DNA of 40,871 bases from a virus: the IMG/VR virus record IMGVR_UViG_3300045988_025559; one strand, given 5' to 3'. Shown here piece after piece: positions 16,291-24,375 of the stretch (position 1 is its first letter; each line of letters begins with the position of its first letter). The position numbers and the translations under genes are program-made. The notes beneath the pieces were generated by a model. The model did no database searches. It was given only the letters and a program-made list of their open reading frames with translations, and was not told the origin of the DNA.

Positions 16291-16644
16291 TTTTACGAAA
16301 TTTTCAATTTCGCTCCATTTTTCCGGCGGGAGCGCCATCAGGAGGGAGATGAAGCGTTTCCGGAAGGAGTCATCCGCGTCGGACATGATGTTCGAGACCA
16401 GCAGGGCCAGATCCTCATTCGCGCTGCGCTGCACATACATTTCCCCTTCGCCGTCTTCGAGCCAGGCGAGGGAGACGTTGAATTCCCGGCAGATATCCGA
16501 GATCGTGCGCTCGGTTGGGACATATGTGCCGGAGCATATTCGAGAGACATGAGCTTGTGTCAGGTGAATGCGCTCGGCAAATTTGGACTGCGTCAGACCC
16601 TGATCTTTGATTAAAAACGAGATTCGTTCATTCACTGTGTTCAT
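16270..16644 (-). CDS. CI-like XRE-family repressor
   Basis: GAAGGTGA RBS and ATG 16644. HTH NERISFLIKDQGLTQSKFAERIHLTQAHVSRICSG. Divergent from the early operon. Confidence 0.8.
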   Translation of the reverse strand: MNTVNERISFLIKDQGLTQSKFAERIHLTQAHVSRICSGTYVPTERTISDICREFNVSLAWLEDGEGEMYVQRSANEDLALLVSNIMSDADDSFRKRFISLLMALPPEKWSEIENFVKKLNGDA

Positions 16645-16667
16645 GGATTCACCTTCTTTCTGAAATG

Positions 16668-16696
16668 AGAGTATCACAGGCACGCATAATTGTCAA
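16668..16696 (-). promoter_or_regulatory. Repressor-gene promoter (minus strand)
   Basis: The minus strand reads TTGACA (16696-16691), a 17-nt spacer, then TGaTACTCT (extended -10, 16676-16668). Confidence 0.55.
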
Positions 16697-16728
16697 TCAG
16701 AAAATATGTGAAATGTATAAAATAATAC

Positions 16729-16757
16729 TTGACAATATACGTATCACATGCTAGTCT
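16729..16757 (+). promoter_or_regulatory. Early rightward promoter
   Basis: TTGACA (16729-16734), a 17-nt spacer, then TGcTAGTCT (extended -10). The 8-mer GTATCACA occurs at 16671-16678 and 16741-16748, overlapping both promoters (candidate operators). Confidence 0.55.
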
Positions 16758-16791
16758 ATACATAACGAATAAACCAAGCGAGGTGAGATCA

Positions 16792-16944
16792 ATGTCAGAG
16801 GAGCAGAAGCAGCAGGCCGAGAAGATCTCGGCGGAAATCAACAAGCTTACGCCGGAAATGCGTGAGAAGGCGCTGATCTTTATGCAGGGCATGGCTGCTA
16901 TGGTGCAGCCGGCGAAGAGCGAGAAGAAAGAACAGCCAGCGTAA
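16792..16944 (+). CDS. Small early protein (50 aa), function unknown
   Basis: GAGGTGA RBS and ATG 16792. First gene of the rightward operon. Confidence 0.55.
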   Translation: MSEEQKQQAEKISAEINKLTPEMREKALIFMQGMAAMVQPAKSEKKEQPA

Positions 16945-16988
16945 ATCTGCAAAATATGGAAAAACTAACGCCGGAAGGAGGCTGAACC

Positions 16989-17201
16989 ATGAGAAAACCG
17001 TATGACCCGATCGCGGACGAAGAGCCGCACATCGTGGCCGAGTATCATTTCCCAAACTGCACGGCGTATATCGCCGACAACTACCTGCGTCGCCTGACGC
17101 CGGAGCAGAAAGAGGCCAACCGGCAGGCTGCCCGCCGCGTGGCGTGGCAGATCCTCGAGCGGGCTGCAGCCGAAGGGCGTCTGCCCGCGGCCAGCAATTA
17201 A
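16989..17201 (+). CDS. Hypothetical early protein
   Basis: GGAAGGAGG RBS, 70 aa. Confidence 0.6.
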   Translation: MRKPYDPIADEEPHIVAEYHFPNCTAYIADNYLRRLTPEQKEANRQAARRVAWQILERAAAEGRLPAASN

Positions 17202-17236
17202 ACGCGCCGCAAGGCGCGTACATAGGAGTCGATATT

Positions 17237-17443
17237 ATGGCAAACGTCAAGACCTACACCCTGACGCTGGATGCGCAGGAGCTGCACGATCTGATCGAAG
17301 CGGCGATGGTCTGCGAGTGCCAGGCGGCGCAGATCATTAACGGACTCAAGCGCAAAGGGCTGGACATGGACGCGCAGAAGCTCGTGACGCAAAACGCCCG
17401 TCTGGCGCGGCTCGTCAGGCGGATGCAGGAGGCGAAGGCATGA
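17237..17443 (+). CDS. Hypothetical early protein
   Basis: GGAG RBS and ATG 17237 (the track ORF start at 17144 lies upstream). Confidence 0.55.
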   Translation: MANVKTYTLTLDAQELHDLIEAAMVCECQAAQIINGLKRKGLDMDAQKLVTQNARLARLVRRMQEAKA

Positions 17444-17685
17444 AAAAGCTGATTCTGACAACGGCTGAATGGCTGCATCTCAAGTGGATACTCGAAAGGA
17501 ACATAATCCGGATGGATGCGGATGCGATCCGTCTCAAAGAGGGAGAGCCGGGCAGCGAAGCAAGGCGGGAAGCCATTGGGAAAGAGCTCGAGAGCATTGA
17601 GAAGGAGCGCAGGAATATCGAGTTGGTGCTGGAAAAGATCAAGGCGGCGGACAGCGTACAGGACGGAACGGAGGAGAAGAAATGA
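17440..17685 (+). CDS. Hypothetical early protein (coiled coil)
   Basis: AGGAGG RBS, ATGA overlap with the previous stop. Confidence 0.6.
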   Translation: MKKLILTTAEWLHLKWILERNIIRMDADAIRLKEGEPGSEARREAIGKELESIEKERRNIELVLEKIKAADSVQDGTEEKK

Positions 17686-17927
17686 GAACCAATCTTGCAG
17701 AACGGCTCGGGTATGAGCCGGAGGAAGAGACCAGGGAGCGGCAGGAGCGGCTGCTGGAGGAGCTGCGGTACCGGGAGGCCATGCGGCGGGTGGCGAAGAC
17801 ATGCTGCGTGTGGCTGGGCGGCGCGGCCTTTGTGCTGGCGGTGATCGCCGGGTACGCAGAGATGACCGACGCATGCGTAGTGACCGGCGCGATCGCGCTG
17901 GGCCTGACCACCTACGGGATCCTGTGA
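17682..17927 (+). CDS. Hypothetical membrane protein
   Basis: GGAGGAGAAG RBS, ATGA overlap, two C-terminal hydrophobic helices. Confidence 0.6.
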   Translation: MRTNLAERLGYEPEEETRERQERLLEELRYREAMRRVAKTCCVWLGGAAFVLAVIAGYAEMTDACVVTGAIALGLTTYGIL

Positions 17928-18154
17928 AGCCGGTGAAGGACGAGCCCAAGATCATCGTCGAGCTCCGGCCGGATCAGCTGGCCAGCCTGATCGATGCGTT
18001 GGGCTTGGCGTCAGAATGCGAGCAGGAGGACGCCGAGTGCCTGAACAGCATGGACCGCGTCAACGCGCAGTGCGTCGCCGACACGGTTGCCAGGCAGGAC
18101 AAATACGCTAAGCTCGCAGCCTGGATGCAGCACGTACAGGAGGAAGCAGAGTGA
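17924..18154 (+). CDS. Hypothetical early protein
   Basis: GTGA overlap start. Upstream of it, the track ORF 17801 is Arg-rich out-of-frame overlap. Confidence 0.45.
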   Translation: MKPVKDEPKIIVELRPDQLASLIDALGLASECEQEDAECLNSMDRVNAQCVADTVARQDKYAKLAAWMQHVQEEAE

Positions 18155-18390
18155 ATTATTTTGCGCCGCGCATGCGGCCCATCCCGCCGCCCTGCGGCAG
18201 GAACTGCCCGGACCGAAGCGGCACATGCCGCGCCGGGTGCTGCACCTGGACGCTATATGAGAGCATCCGGAACCACATCTACGACGTCAACCACCGCGAC
18301 AGTGACAGTCTGCAGCTCGATCTTGCAGCGGGAAAGCAGATGGTCCATGCCGACAACCAGATAAGGAGGCGCAAACACATTGCGAAATAG
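18151..18390 (+). CDS. Cys-rich hypothetical protein
   Basis: AGGAGGAAG RBS and GTG 18151 overlapping the upstream stop. Confidence 0.5.
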   Translation: MNYFAPRMRPIPPPCGRNCPDRSGTCRAGCCTWTLYESIRNHIYDVNHRDSDSLQLDLAAGKQMVHADNQIRRRKHIAK

Positions 18391-18643
18391 CATCGATTAC
18401 CCCGGCGAGCGGGCACCGCGGCGCCCCGCCGTGATCGCGCAGGCCGGATACACCGGCCAGAACCACTTTTCCGTTACATATGGAGACCAGAAAGTGACCG
18501 TCCGCGCCGAGGACGGCTATGCGGCCCTTTTCACCGCCGCCAAACACTGGGGCTATAAATTCACCCGCCCGGAGTACCATCAGAACGCCCGCGCAACCAA
18601 GCTCCACTACACGCCGGACACCCGGCCGGGGGCGCTGGTATGA
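18380..18643 (+). CDS. Hypothetical early protein
   Basis: AAGGAGG lies 10 nt upstream of TTG 18380. Confidence 0.45.
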   Translation: MRNSIDYPGERAPRRPAVIAQAGYTGQNHFSVTYGDQKVTVRAEDGYAALFTAAKHWGYKFTRPEYHQNARATKLHYTPDTRPGALV

Positions 18644-19074
18644 ACAAAGATGTGATGTTTTCCAGCGCGACGGATTTGTGGGAAACGCCGCAGAGCTTTT
18701 TTGACGCGCTGAACGAAGAATTTGGCTTTGAAACGGACGTCTGCGCGCTGCCGGAGAATGCAAAATGCGCGCGGTATTTTACACCGGAGGACAACGGCCT
18801 TGCTCAGACGTGGACGGGCGTCTGCTGGTGTAACCCGCCGTATGGGCGGGAGATCGGGAAATGGGTGCAGAAAGCAGCAATGTCCGCCAACAAAAATGGG
18901 GCAACCGTTGTCATGCTGCTGCCCGCGCGGACGGATACAAAGTGGTTTCATCGATACATATACGGAAAGGCGGAAATCCGCTTTATCGCCGGTCGGCTGA
19001 AATTCGGCGGCGGCAAGCACAACGCGCCGTTTCCAAGCATGGTTGTGGTATTCGGGCAGGAGAATAAGACATGA
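18640..19074 (+). CDS. dam: Phage Dam-family DNA N6-adenine methyltransferase
   Basis: DLWETPQSFFDALNEEFGF..DVCA......WTGVCWCNPPYGREIGKWV.K......VVMLLPARTDTKWFH, i.e. the TP...F and NPPY motifs of the small phage Dam family. Confidence 0.85.
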   Translation: MNKDVMFSSATDLWETPQSFFDALNEEFGFETDVCALPENAKCARYFTPEDNGLAQTWTGVCWCNPPYGREIGKWVQKAAMSANKNGATVVMLLPARTDTKWFHRYIYGKAEIRFIAGRLKFGGGKHNAPFPSMVVVFGQENKT

Positions 19075-19262
19075 GATTTGTCTGTGACTGCTGCCACGAT
19101 CTGACGAACATCGAGGCCGACAGGATGGAGATCCAGGGCGACAAGCTGATGGTGTACAGCCGCGGGCGGCTGGTATACGTGGCGGATCTGGGGCAGATCA
19201 TGCTGGCGAAGCTTACGCCGGGGAGGGAGGACGGCAATGGACTTAGAGCAAACCGCGATTGA
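19071..19262 (+). CDS. Hypothetical small protein
   Basis: GGAG RBS, ATGA overlap. Confidence 0.5.
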   Translation: MRFVCDCCHDLTNIEADRMEIQGDKLMVYSRGRLVYVADLGQIMLAKLTPGREDGNGLRANRD

Positions 19263-20112
19263 GCGGCTGAAAATGGCCTCGGATATGAGCTTGCGGCTGT
19301 ACAAGCAACCGCTTGTGATTACATACTCGGGCGGCAAGGATTCAGATGTGCTTTTGCATCTGGCTGGGAAATCTGGTATCCCGTATGAGGTGCTGCATTC
19401 GCTGACCACGGCGGACGCGCCGGAGACCGTCTGGCATGTGCGGGATACCTTCCGCCGCTTGGAGCTGGCTGGCGTAAAATGCGACATCGATACCCACCGC
19501 ACATCGGACGGCGGGAATGTGACGATGTGGAATTTGATTCCGCGCAAACTCATACCGCCGACACGGCTGAAGCGGTACTGCTGCGCGGCGCTCAAAGAGA
19601 CCAGCGGGCGTGGGCGGTGGATCGCGACTGGCGTCCGCTGGGCCGAATCGCAAAAGCGCAAGTCCCGCGGCGTCATGGAGGCCCTGCACAGGGACAAGTC
19701 CAAGCGGCTGACGCTGATGAACGACAATGACGAAAGCCGCATGTTGGTGGAAAACTGCCAGCTCAAGGGGACGCGAGCAATCAATCCAATCATTGACTGG
19801 CAAGATGCTGACATCTGGGATTACTGCACAGCAGAAAAGATTTCGACGAACCCGCTTTACGCCTGCGGTTTTGAACGCGTGGGCTGTATCGGATGCCCAA
19901 TGGCGGGAAAGCACCGGAAGGCGCAGTTTGCACGCTATCCAAAGATCAAGGCCGCGTATGTCCGGGCGTTTGACAGGATGCTTGCAGAACGGCAGACGCG
20001 GGGGCTGCCCTGCGACTGGCAGACGGGCGAAGACGTCCTGCACTGGAGCCTGGAGGACGGCGTGCTGCCGGGACAAATGGTTTTTGAAGGAATGGAGGAG
20101 GACACGCTATGA
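19237..20112 (+). CDS. PAPS-reductase-family PP-loop protein with a C-terminal Cys cluster
   Basis: GGGAGGGAGGA RBS. PP-loop VITYSGGKDSDVLL and C-terminal CGFERVGCIGCP. Confidence 0.8.
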   Translation: MDLEQTAIERLKMASDMSLRLYKQPLVITYSGGKDSDVLLHLAGKSGIPYEVLHSLTTADAPETVWHVRDTFRRLELAGVKCDIDTHRTSDGGNVTMWNLIPRKLIPPTRLKRYCCAALKETSGRGRWIATGVRWAESQKRKSRGVMEALHRDKSKRLTLMNDNDESRMLVENCQLKGTRAINPIIDWQDADIWDYCTAEKISTNPLYACGFERVGCIGCPMAGKHRKAQFARYPKIKAAYVRAFDRMLAERQTRGLPCDWQTGEDVLHWSLEDGVLPGQMVFEGMEEDTL

Positions 20113-20486
20113 CAGACAAGGAAATCGTGCAGGCGCTGCGGCGATGCGCAGAGGGCGAGTGCAAAGACTGTGCCATGCATGAGGATAAGCAGCGCTGCCA
20201 AGAGAATTTATTGGCCAAAGCTGCTGAAGCCATCGAGCGCCTGACCGCCGAGAACGCGGCGCTGCGGGAGAAGGTGCCGCAGTGGATCAGCGTGGAGGAA
20301 CGGAGGCCGGAACCGGGAAAACGCGTCCTTGCTACGGACGGCGTATTTGTCGGCGAGGCGTACCGCACGAGCGCGGATACATGGAGAAGATATGACGGAA
20401 TAGCTATGCGGGACTGCCTCGGCAGTATAGTCACCCACTGGATGCCGCTGCCGGACGCGCCGGAGGAAGGAGACAAGCATGAGTAA
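20109..20486 (+). CDS. DUF551-domain protein
   Basis: C-terminal WISVEERRPEPGKRVLA.......THWMPLPDAPE pattern. Confidence 0.7.
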   Translation: MTDKEIVQALRRCAEGECKDCAMHEDKQRCQENLLAKAAEAIERLTAENAALREKVPQWISVEERRPEPGKRVLATDGVFVGEAYRTSADTWRRYDGIAMRDCLGSIVTHWMPLPDAPEEGDKHE

Positions 20487-20910
20487 AGCTGTTTTGATCA
20501 GCATTCGCCCGGAGTGGTGCGAGAAGATCATCAACGGGCGGAAGACCATTGAGGTGCGCAAGACGCGCCCGAGGATGGATACGCCGTTTAAGTGCTACAT
20601 CTACAAATGCGGAAACGGCAAAGTCATCGGGGAATTTCTGTGCGATCAGATCATCAACATTAACGGTGCGGGAAGGATCCCGTCGGATGCTGCGCGGCCA
20701 ACCTGCCTAGAGCCTGCGGAGCTGCACCAGTATCTCGGAGCTGCCACCGGCTTCGGCTGGCACATCTCAGATTTGCGCGTTTACGATCACCCGCGCGATC
20801 TGTGGGAGTTTACCGGTCTGCGGGAGACAAAATTCGGAGCAGAACAGGTGCAAATCACCCGCCCGCCGCAGAGCTGGCGGTACGTGGAGGAAGAGCTATG
20901 GAACGACTGA
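20479..20910 (+). CDS. ASCH (PUA-like) domain protein
   Basis: N-terminal LISIRPEWCEKIINGRKTIEVRK pattern typical of ASCH domains. Confidence 0.7.
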   Translation: MSKAVLISIRPEWCEKIINGRKTIEVRKTRPRMDTPFKCYIYKCGNGKVIGEFLCDQIININGAGRIPSDAARPTCLEPAELHQYLGAATGFGWHISDLRVYDHPRDLWEFTGLRETKFGAEQVQITRPPQSWRYVEEELWND

Positions 20911-21224
20911 CTAAATGGGGTGCGTCGATTTCAGAAACTGGGCGTGGAAATGATTGGAGGCTGAACGCAAAGATGCTGGATAGATACGTTGAAATCCCGC
21001 GAGGGCTTAATTTACAGATGCTACGTGACAAGTTCGGCTACGATGCTGTTGAATTTTACACGAATCGCATCAAGCAGCGAGAATTGGAGGGAAAGACGTA
21101 CTACAACCCGCTTAAGACTGTATATATCTGGGCAACCGAAGATCGGGCGAAAGGACAAGGGTTTTATTCATCTTATCGCGGCTATTCCAGCGGGCGCAAG
21201 CACAAGAACTATGGAGGATCGTGA
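20898..21224 (+). CDS. Hypothetical protein (MERLTKW N-terminus)
   Basis: GGAGGAAGAG RBS and ATG 20898. Its 5' end is nearly identical to that of the next gene. Confidence 0.55.
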   Translation: MERLTKWGASISETGRGNDWRLNAKMLDRYVEIPRGLNLQMLRDKFGYDAVEFYTNRIKQRELEGKTYYNPLKTVYIWATEDRAKGQGFYSSYRGYSSGRKHKNYGGS

Positions 21225-21994
21225 TGGAACGACTGACTGAATGGAACAAATCATCGCATAAACACGCCTATTATCCGCGCTGCTTCAAAGAACCGTGCTA
21301 CGGCAGCGGGTGCAAAATCGAGGATTGCCCGTTTGAAATAGCGGCGTGTGAGCGACTCGCGGACTACGAGGACACAGGGCTGACGCCGGAGGAAATCAAG
21401 GCTCCATTTACGGAGGACACGATGATAAATCTGGCAGCGCAGGCGCTGGGCGTGGAGCCTAGCCGCCTCCGCGAGCTTGCCGAGGCCGACAAGGACGGGC
21501 GGTGCGTCGTGCTGCCGTGCAAGGTGGGCCAGCGGGTGTTCGCCTTGTTGGACACGGATAAGCATATAAGCGAGTGCGAGGTCAAGCAGATTGGTATGGG
21601 CAATGAAATCGGCTTTATTGGCCTTGAGCCAATAGGCGCCAGAGGGCGGGAGTATGGCGTAGCGCTAAACGGATTTGGTAAGACCGTATTTCTCACCCGC
21701 GAAGCGGCGCTGAAAGATTTTGAAGCCTGCAACGCGGAAAATCCGCGCTGGACGCCTCCGCGGGTAAAAACGCTCCTGCTGCGTCAGCCAGCCGCCGACG
21801 TTGCGGAGGTACACCACGCACACTGGGAAGAAGCGGACTGGCGCGAATATGACGCGCAGAGCGGGGAAACGATTCGCTTTCCTAAAGCGGCAATCGTATG
21901 CTCGGACTGCCGGAACGCTTTTAAGAAAGGAACTCTTCGGATTCAGAGTTTCTGCCCGGCCTGCGGCGCGCGGATGGACGGTGCAGCCGAATGA
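21224..21994 (+). CDS. Hypothetical protein (MERLTEW N-terminus, Cys clusters)
   Basis: GGAGGA RBS 5 nt upstream of ATG 21224. Contains ..YEDTGLTPEEI.. and a C-terminal CSDC...CPACG zinc-ribbon-like motif. Confidence 0.6.
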   Translation: MERLTEWNKSSHKHAYYPRCFKEPCYGSGCKIEDCPFEIAACERLADYEDTGLTPEEIKAPFTEDTMINLAAQALGVEPSRLRELAEADKDGRCVVLPCKVGQRVFALLDTDKHISECEVKQIGMGNEIGFIGLEPIGARGREYGVALNGFGKTVFLTREAALKDFEACNAENPRWTPPRVKTLLLRQPAADVAEVHHAHWEEADWREYDAQSGETIRFPKAAIVCSDCRNAFKKGTLRIQSFCPACGARMDGAAE

Positions 21995-22449
21995 GCGGCC
22001 TGCGGTTTGAATCCATGGCGGACATGCCGCCGAGGATGCGGGAGGCTTACGCGCGGCAGATGCGCGACCTCTCAGGCGCTGCGGCGCCAGCTCCCATTCA
22101 CAAGGGGAGCCATGGGAAGACGAAGTACGGCAGCCGGAAGGATACGCGCGGCGAGCTGCGCTTTGACAGCAAGAAGGAGGCGCGGCGGTATGACGAGCTG
22201 ATGGTGATGCTGCGGGCCGGGATCATCTCCGACCTGCGGCTGCAGCCGCAGTTCACCTTGCAGGAGAGCTACATCACCGAAACCGGCGAGCGGATCCGCG
22301 CGATCCGGTACACGGCGGACTTTTCGTACAAATTCGGCGGCAAGCTCGTCGTCGAAGATGTGAAGTCCAAGCCGACGCGGACAAAGGAGTATTTGCGGAA
22401 CCGCAAATTCATGCGGTCCAAATTCGGGATCGAGATCCAGGAGGTCTAA
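21991..22449 (+). CDS. DUF1064-family protein (putative Holliday-junction resolvase-like nuclease)
   Basis: KYGSRKDTRGELRFDSKKEARRYDEL......LRLQPQF.L.......IRYTADFSY...GKLVVEDVKS pattern. Confidence 0.75.
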   Translation: MSGLRFESMADMPPRMREAYARQMRDLSGAAAPAPIHKGSHGKTKYGSRKDTRGELRFDSKKEARRYDELMVMLRAGIISDLRLQPQFTLQESYITETGERIRAIRYTADFSYKFGGKLVVEDVKSKPTRTKEYLRNRKFMRSKFGIEIQEV

Positions 22450-22450
22450 C

Positions 22451-22654
22451 ATGCCAGAAAAAAACGAGAGCAGCCCGCGCGAAGCATGCGGGCTGCCGAA
22501 GCAGGGCAATGCCTGCCCGTATGCAAAGATCGCGCCGGTTCTTTGCGCGCGGTGCGGCTGGAACCCGGATGAGCACGCGCGGCGGCAGGCGCTGCCGCTG
22601 ACCGAGAACGCCGACGGGCTGCGGCGCAAGGATATCAGCCAGCCCGAGGACTAA
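22451..22654 (+). CDS. Small Cys-containing hypothetical protein
   Basis: AGGAGG RBS. Last gene before the long non-coding region. Confidence 0.5.
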   Translation: MPEKNESSPREACGLPKQGNACPYAKIAPVLCARCGWNPDEHARRQALPLTENADGLRRKDISQPED

Positions 22655-23007
22655 GACCAGCAATCAGCCGGGGAACCATATTTTTTCGGACTTTGGCCGC
22701 GGCCGCTCCGCCATGAGACGGCTGCGGGAGGATCACCCCGGCTCTGCACCCGGCCCGCGAAACCTCAAGCCCGCGGGCCGGGGATAAAAAGCGCGTGTGG
22801 AACGTGCGCGCGAATGGGAACCGTCAACGTTACCCCACGCCGGGTGTCGGGATCGCCCGGCGGCATCGTGTTACCTCCTTATGGAAAGCTGCCTGAGCAG
22901 ACAAGGGCAGCTCGTCTGCGGCGACAGGGGGACGCGCAGGCGCAGGCGGTGCAAGTCCGCTCTGCATAGGGGCCGGGAGACCGGCCCCTGACGAAAGGAG
23001 AATGGAA
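22655..23007 (+). promoter_or_regulatory. ~350-nt GC-rich structured non-coding leader preceding the Zn-ribbon/packaging gene block
   Basis: No credible ORF. Perfect 11-bp hairpin at 22749-22782 and a 9-bp GNRA-loop hairpin at 22968-22989. An ACCUCCUU anti-SD-like octamer lies at 22873-22880, and the SD AAGGAG lies at 22995-23000. Confidence 0.4.
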
Positions 23008-23421
23008 ATGTCACACGTAGTCGATCTGACGGGCACGGACTTTGGATATTTGCACGTCATCGGGCGGGATACCAGCAAAAAAGGAGACACGGCACACTGG
23101 ATCTGCCGGTGTAAATGCGGGACCGTCTGCAGCAAGGACGGCAGATACCTCCGGAACGGGCATGCAAAAAGCTGCGGCTGCTTCCGGAAAGAACGCGCGG
23201 CCACGCTCGTCACCAAGAGGGATCCAGCCAAAAAGCCAAAAGCCGAACCGAAGAAGAAAAAATTCGGCCGCGGCCCGCAGCGGGCAGGCTCCGGGATCTG
23301 CTACAACCCACTCTGCCCGACGCGCAACAACTACCGCGGCGCCTGGAGCTGCACCGAATGCCGCTTCTGCCCGGAACGCAAATTTGCCCGCCAGTCGAGG
23401 CGGGAGATCATCACAATTTAG
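23008..23421 (+). CDS. Zn-ribbon protein of the LTGxxFGxLxVI family with a Lys-rich linker and a second Cys cluster (possible DNA-binding/late regulator)
   Basis: AAGGAG lies 7 nt upstream of ATG 23008. Reads LTGTDFGYLHVIGRDTSKKGDTAHWICRCKCGTVCSKDGRYLRNGHAKSCGC. Confidence 0.65.
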   Translation: MSHVVDLTGTDFGYLHVIGRDTSKKGDTAHWICRCKCGTVCSKDGRYLRNGHAKSCGCFRKERAATLVTKRDPAKKPKAEPKKKKFGRGPQRAGSGICYNPLCPTRNNYRGAWSCTECRFCPERKFARQSRREIITI

Positions 23422-23535
23422 AGGAAGATACATGCACGTGTATGGCGTGCGGGTACAAGGACTGACGCTGAACGGGGGGGCCGGAATTTCCGGCCACGCT
23501 TTGAGCGGGCAGAAAAAACAAAGGAGGGCTACAGC

Positions 23536-24357
23536 ATGCAATGGGAACAGGGATGCTTATTCGACGACAACCCGGAATACGATGCGTTCACGTCGAAATT
23601 CAAACCCAAAAAGACAACGGACGACTGCTACACGCCACCGCTTGTTTATGAGGCGATCCGGGATTGGGCGTGCAGTGAATATGGGATTGACCCGGCATGC
23701 ATCGTGCGGCCATTCTATCCGGGTGGGGACTATGAACGTTTTGACTATCCGGACGGCTGCGTCGTGCTGGACAACCCGCCTTTTTCGATTCTTTCAAAAA
23801 TCTGCGAATTCTACATAGACAGAGGGATTGCGTTCTTTCTTTTTGCGCCATCGCTCACGGCGTTCTCCAGCCGATCAGTTGTGCTGAGGATGAACCATAT
23901 CATTTGCGATGCAGTCATCACGTATGAAAATGGCGCAGTCGTTCACACGGCGTTTGTAACAAGTTTCGGAGGAAACATCGCGCAGAGCGCCCCGACGCTC
24001 AGAAAAGCGGTCGAGCGGGCGATGCGGCAGATTAAGGCGGAGACAAAAAAGGAGCTGCCGAAATATACATATCCGGACCATGTGCTGACGACAGCCATGC
24101 TGCAGAAATATGCGAACTACGGTATAGAGTTTGCGGTTAAGCGCGAGGACTGCACGTACGTTGAAAAGCTGGACAGTCAGCGCGCAGCGGGAAAGAAAAT
24201 CTTTGGTGGCGGGCTGCTGCTGTCAAACCGAGCTGCCGCCGAGAAAGCTGCCGCCGAGAAAGCTGCCGCCGAGAAAGCTGCCGCCGAGAAAGCCGCCGCG
24301 CACGTCTGGGAGCTGTCTGAATGTGAAAAGGGCATCATTGCGAGCCTCGGGAAATAA
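23536..24357 (+). CDS. Second DNA methyltransferase-like protein (DNPPF motif) with a C-terminal (AAAEK)n tail
   Basis: AAAGGAGGG RBS. DDCYTPPLVYEAI...VLDNPPFSILSKI..F....IAFFLFAP parallels the TP / NPPY / LLPA layout of the Dam-family gene at 18640. Confidence 0.65.
   Translation: MQWEQGCLFDDNPEYDAFTSKFKPKKTTDDCYTPPLVYEAIRDWACSEYGIDPACIVRPFYPGGDYERFDYPDGCVVLDNPPFSILSKICEFYIDRGIAFFLFAPSLTAFSSRSVVLRMNHIICDAVITYENGAVVHTAFVTSFGGNIAQSAPTLRKAVERAMRQIKAETKKELPKYTYPDHVLTTAMLQKYANYGIEFAVKREDCTYVEKLDSQRAAGKKIFGGGLLLSNRAAAEKAAAEKAAAEKAAAEKAAAHVWELSECEKGIIASLGK
24232..24300 (+). repeat. Perfect 15-bp tandem repeat, 4.6 copies (gctgccgccgagaaa)
   Basis: Units 24232-24246, 24247-24261, 24262-24276 and 24277-24291 are identical, followed by a partial unit. 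They encode AAEKA repeats in frame. Confidence 0.9.
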
Positions 24358-24375
24358 ACCGAGGCAGGAGGAGCT

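Noticed and set aside
22946-22966. tRNA-like T-arm (GGCGG-TGCAAGT-CCGCT).
   Set aside because: The loop deviates from TTCRANY. I could not build a matching acceptor stem, D-arm or anticodon arm from the flanking sequence, and there is no CCA context.
22940-22990. Possible cobalamin riboswitch: GGTGCAAGTCCGC followed by GGCCGGGAGACCGGCC resembles the GGTG..A..CC element and the B12 box.
   Set aside because: The conserved CCCGC.ACTGT core between the two elements is absent, and they are only about 10 nt apart. The B12-box-like string is simply a perfect hairpin, and the downstream gene has no cobalamin link. A covariance-model scan is needed to be certain.
22797-22991. Track ORF 22797..22991 (+), and a 33-codon minus-strand ORF preceded by AAGGAGGT (complement of 22873-22880).
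   Set aside because: Both translations are Arg/Pro/Gly-rich and not protein-like, and they lie in a hairpin-dense region. The minus-strand SD is better explained as the complement of an anti-SD element in the forward transcript.
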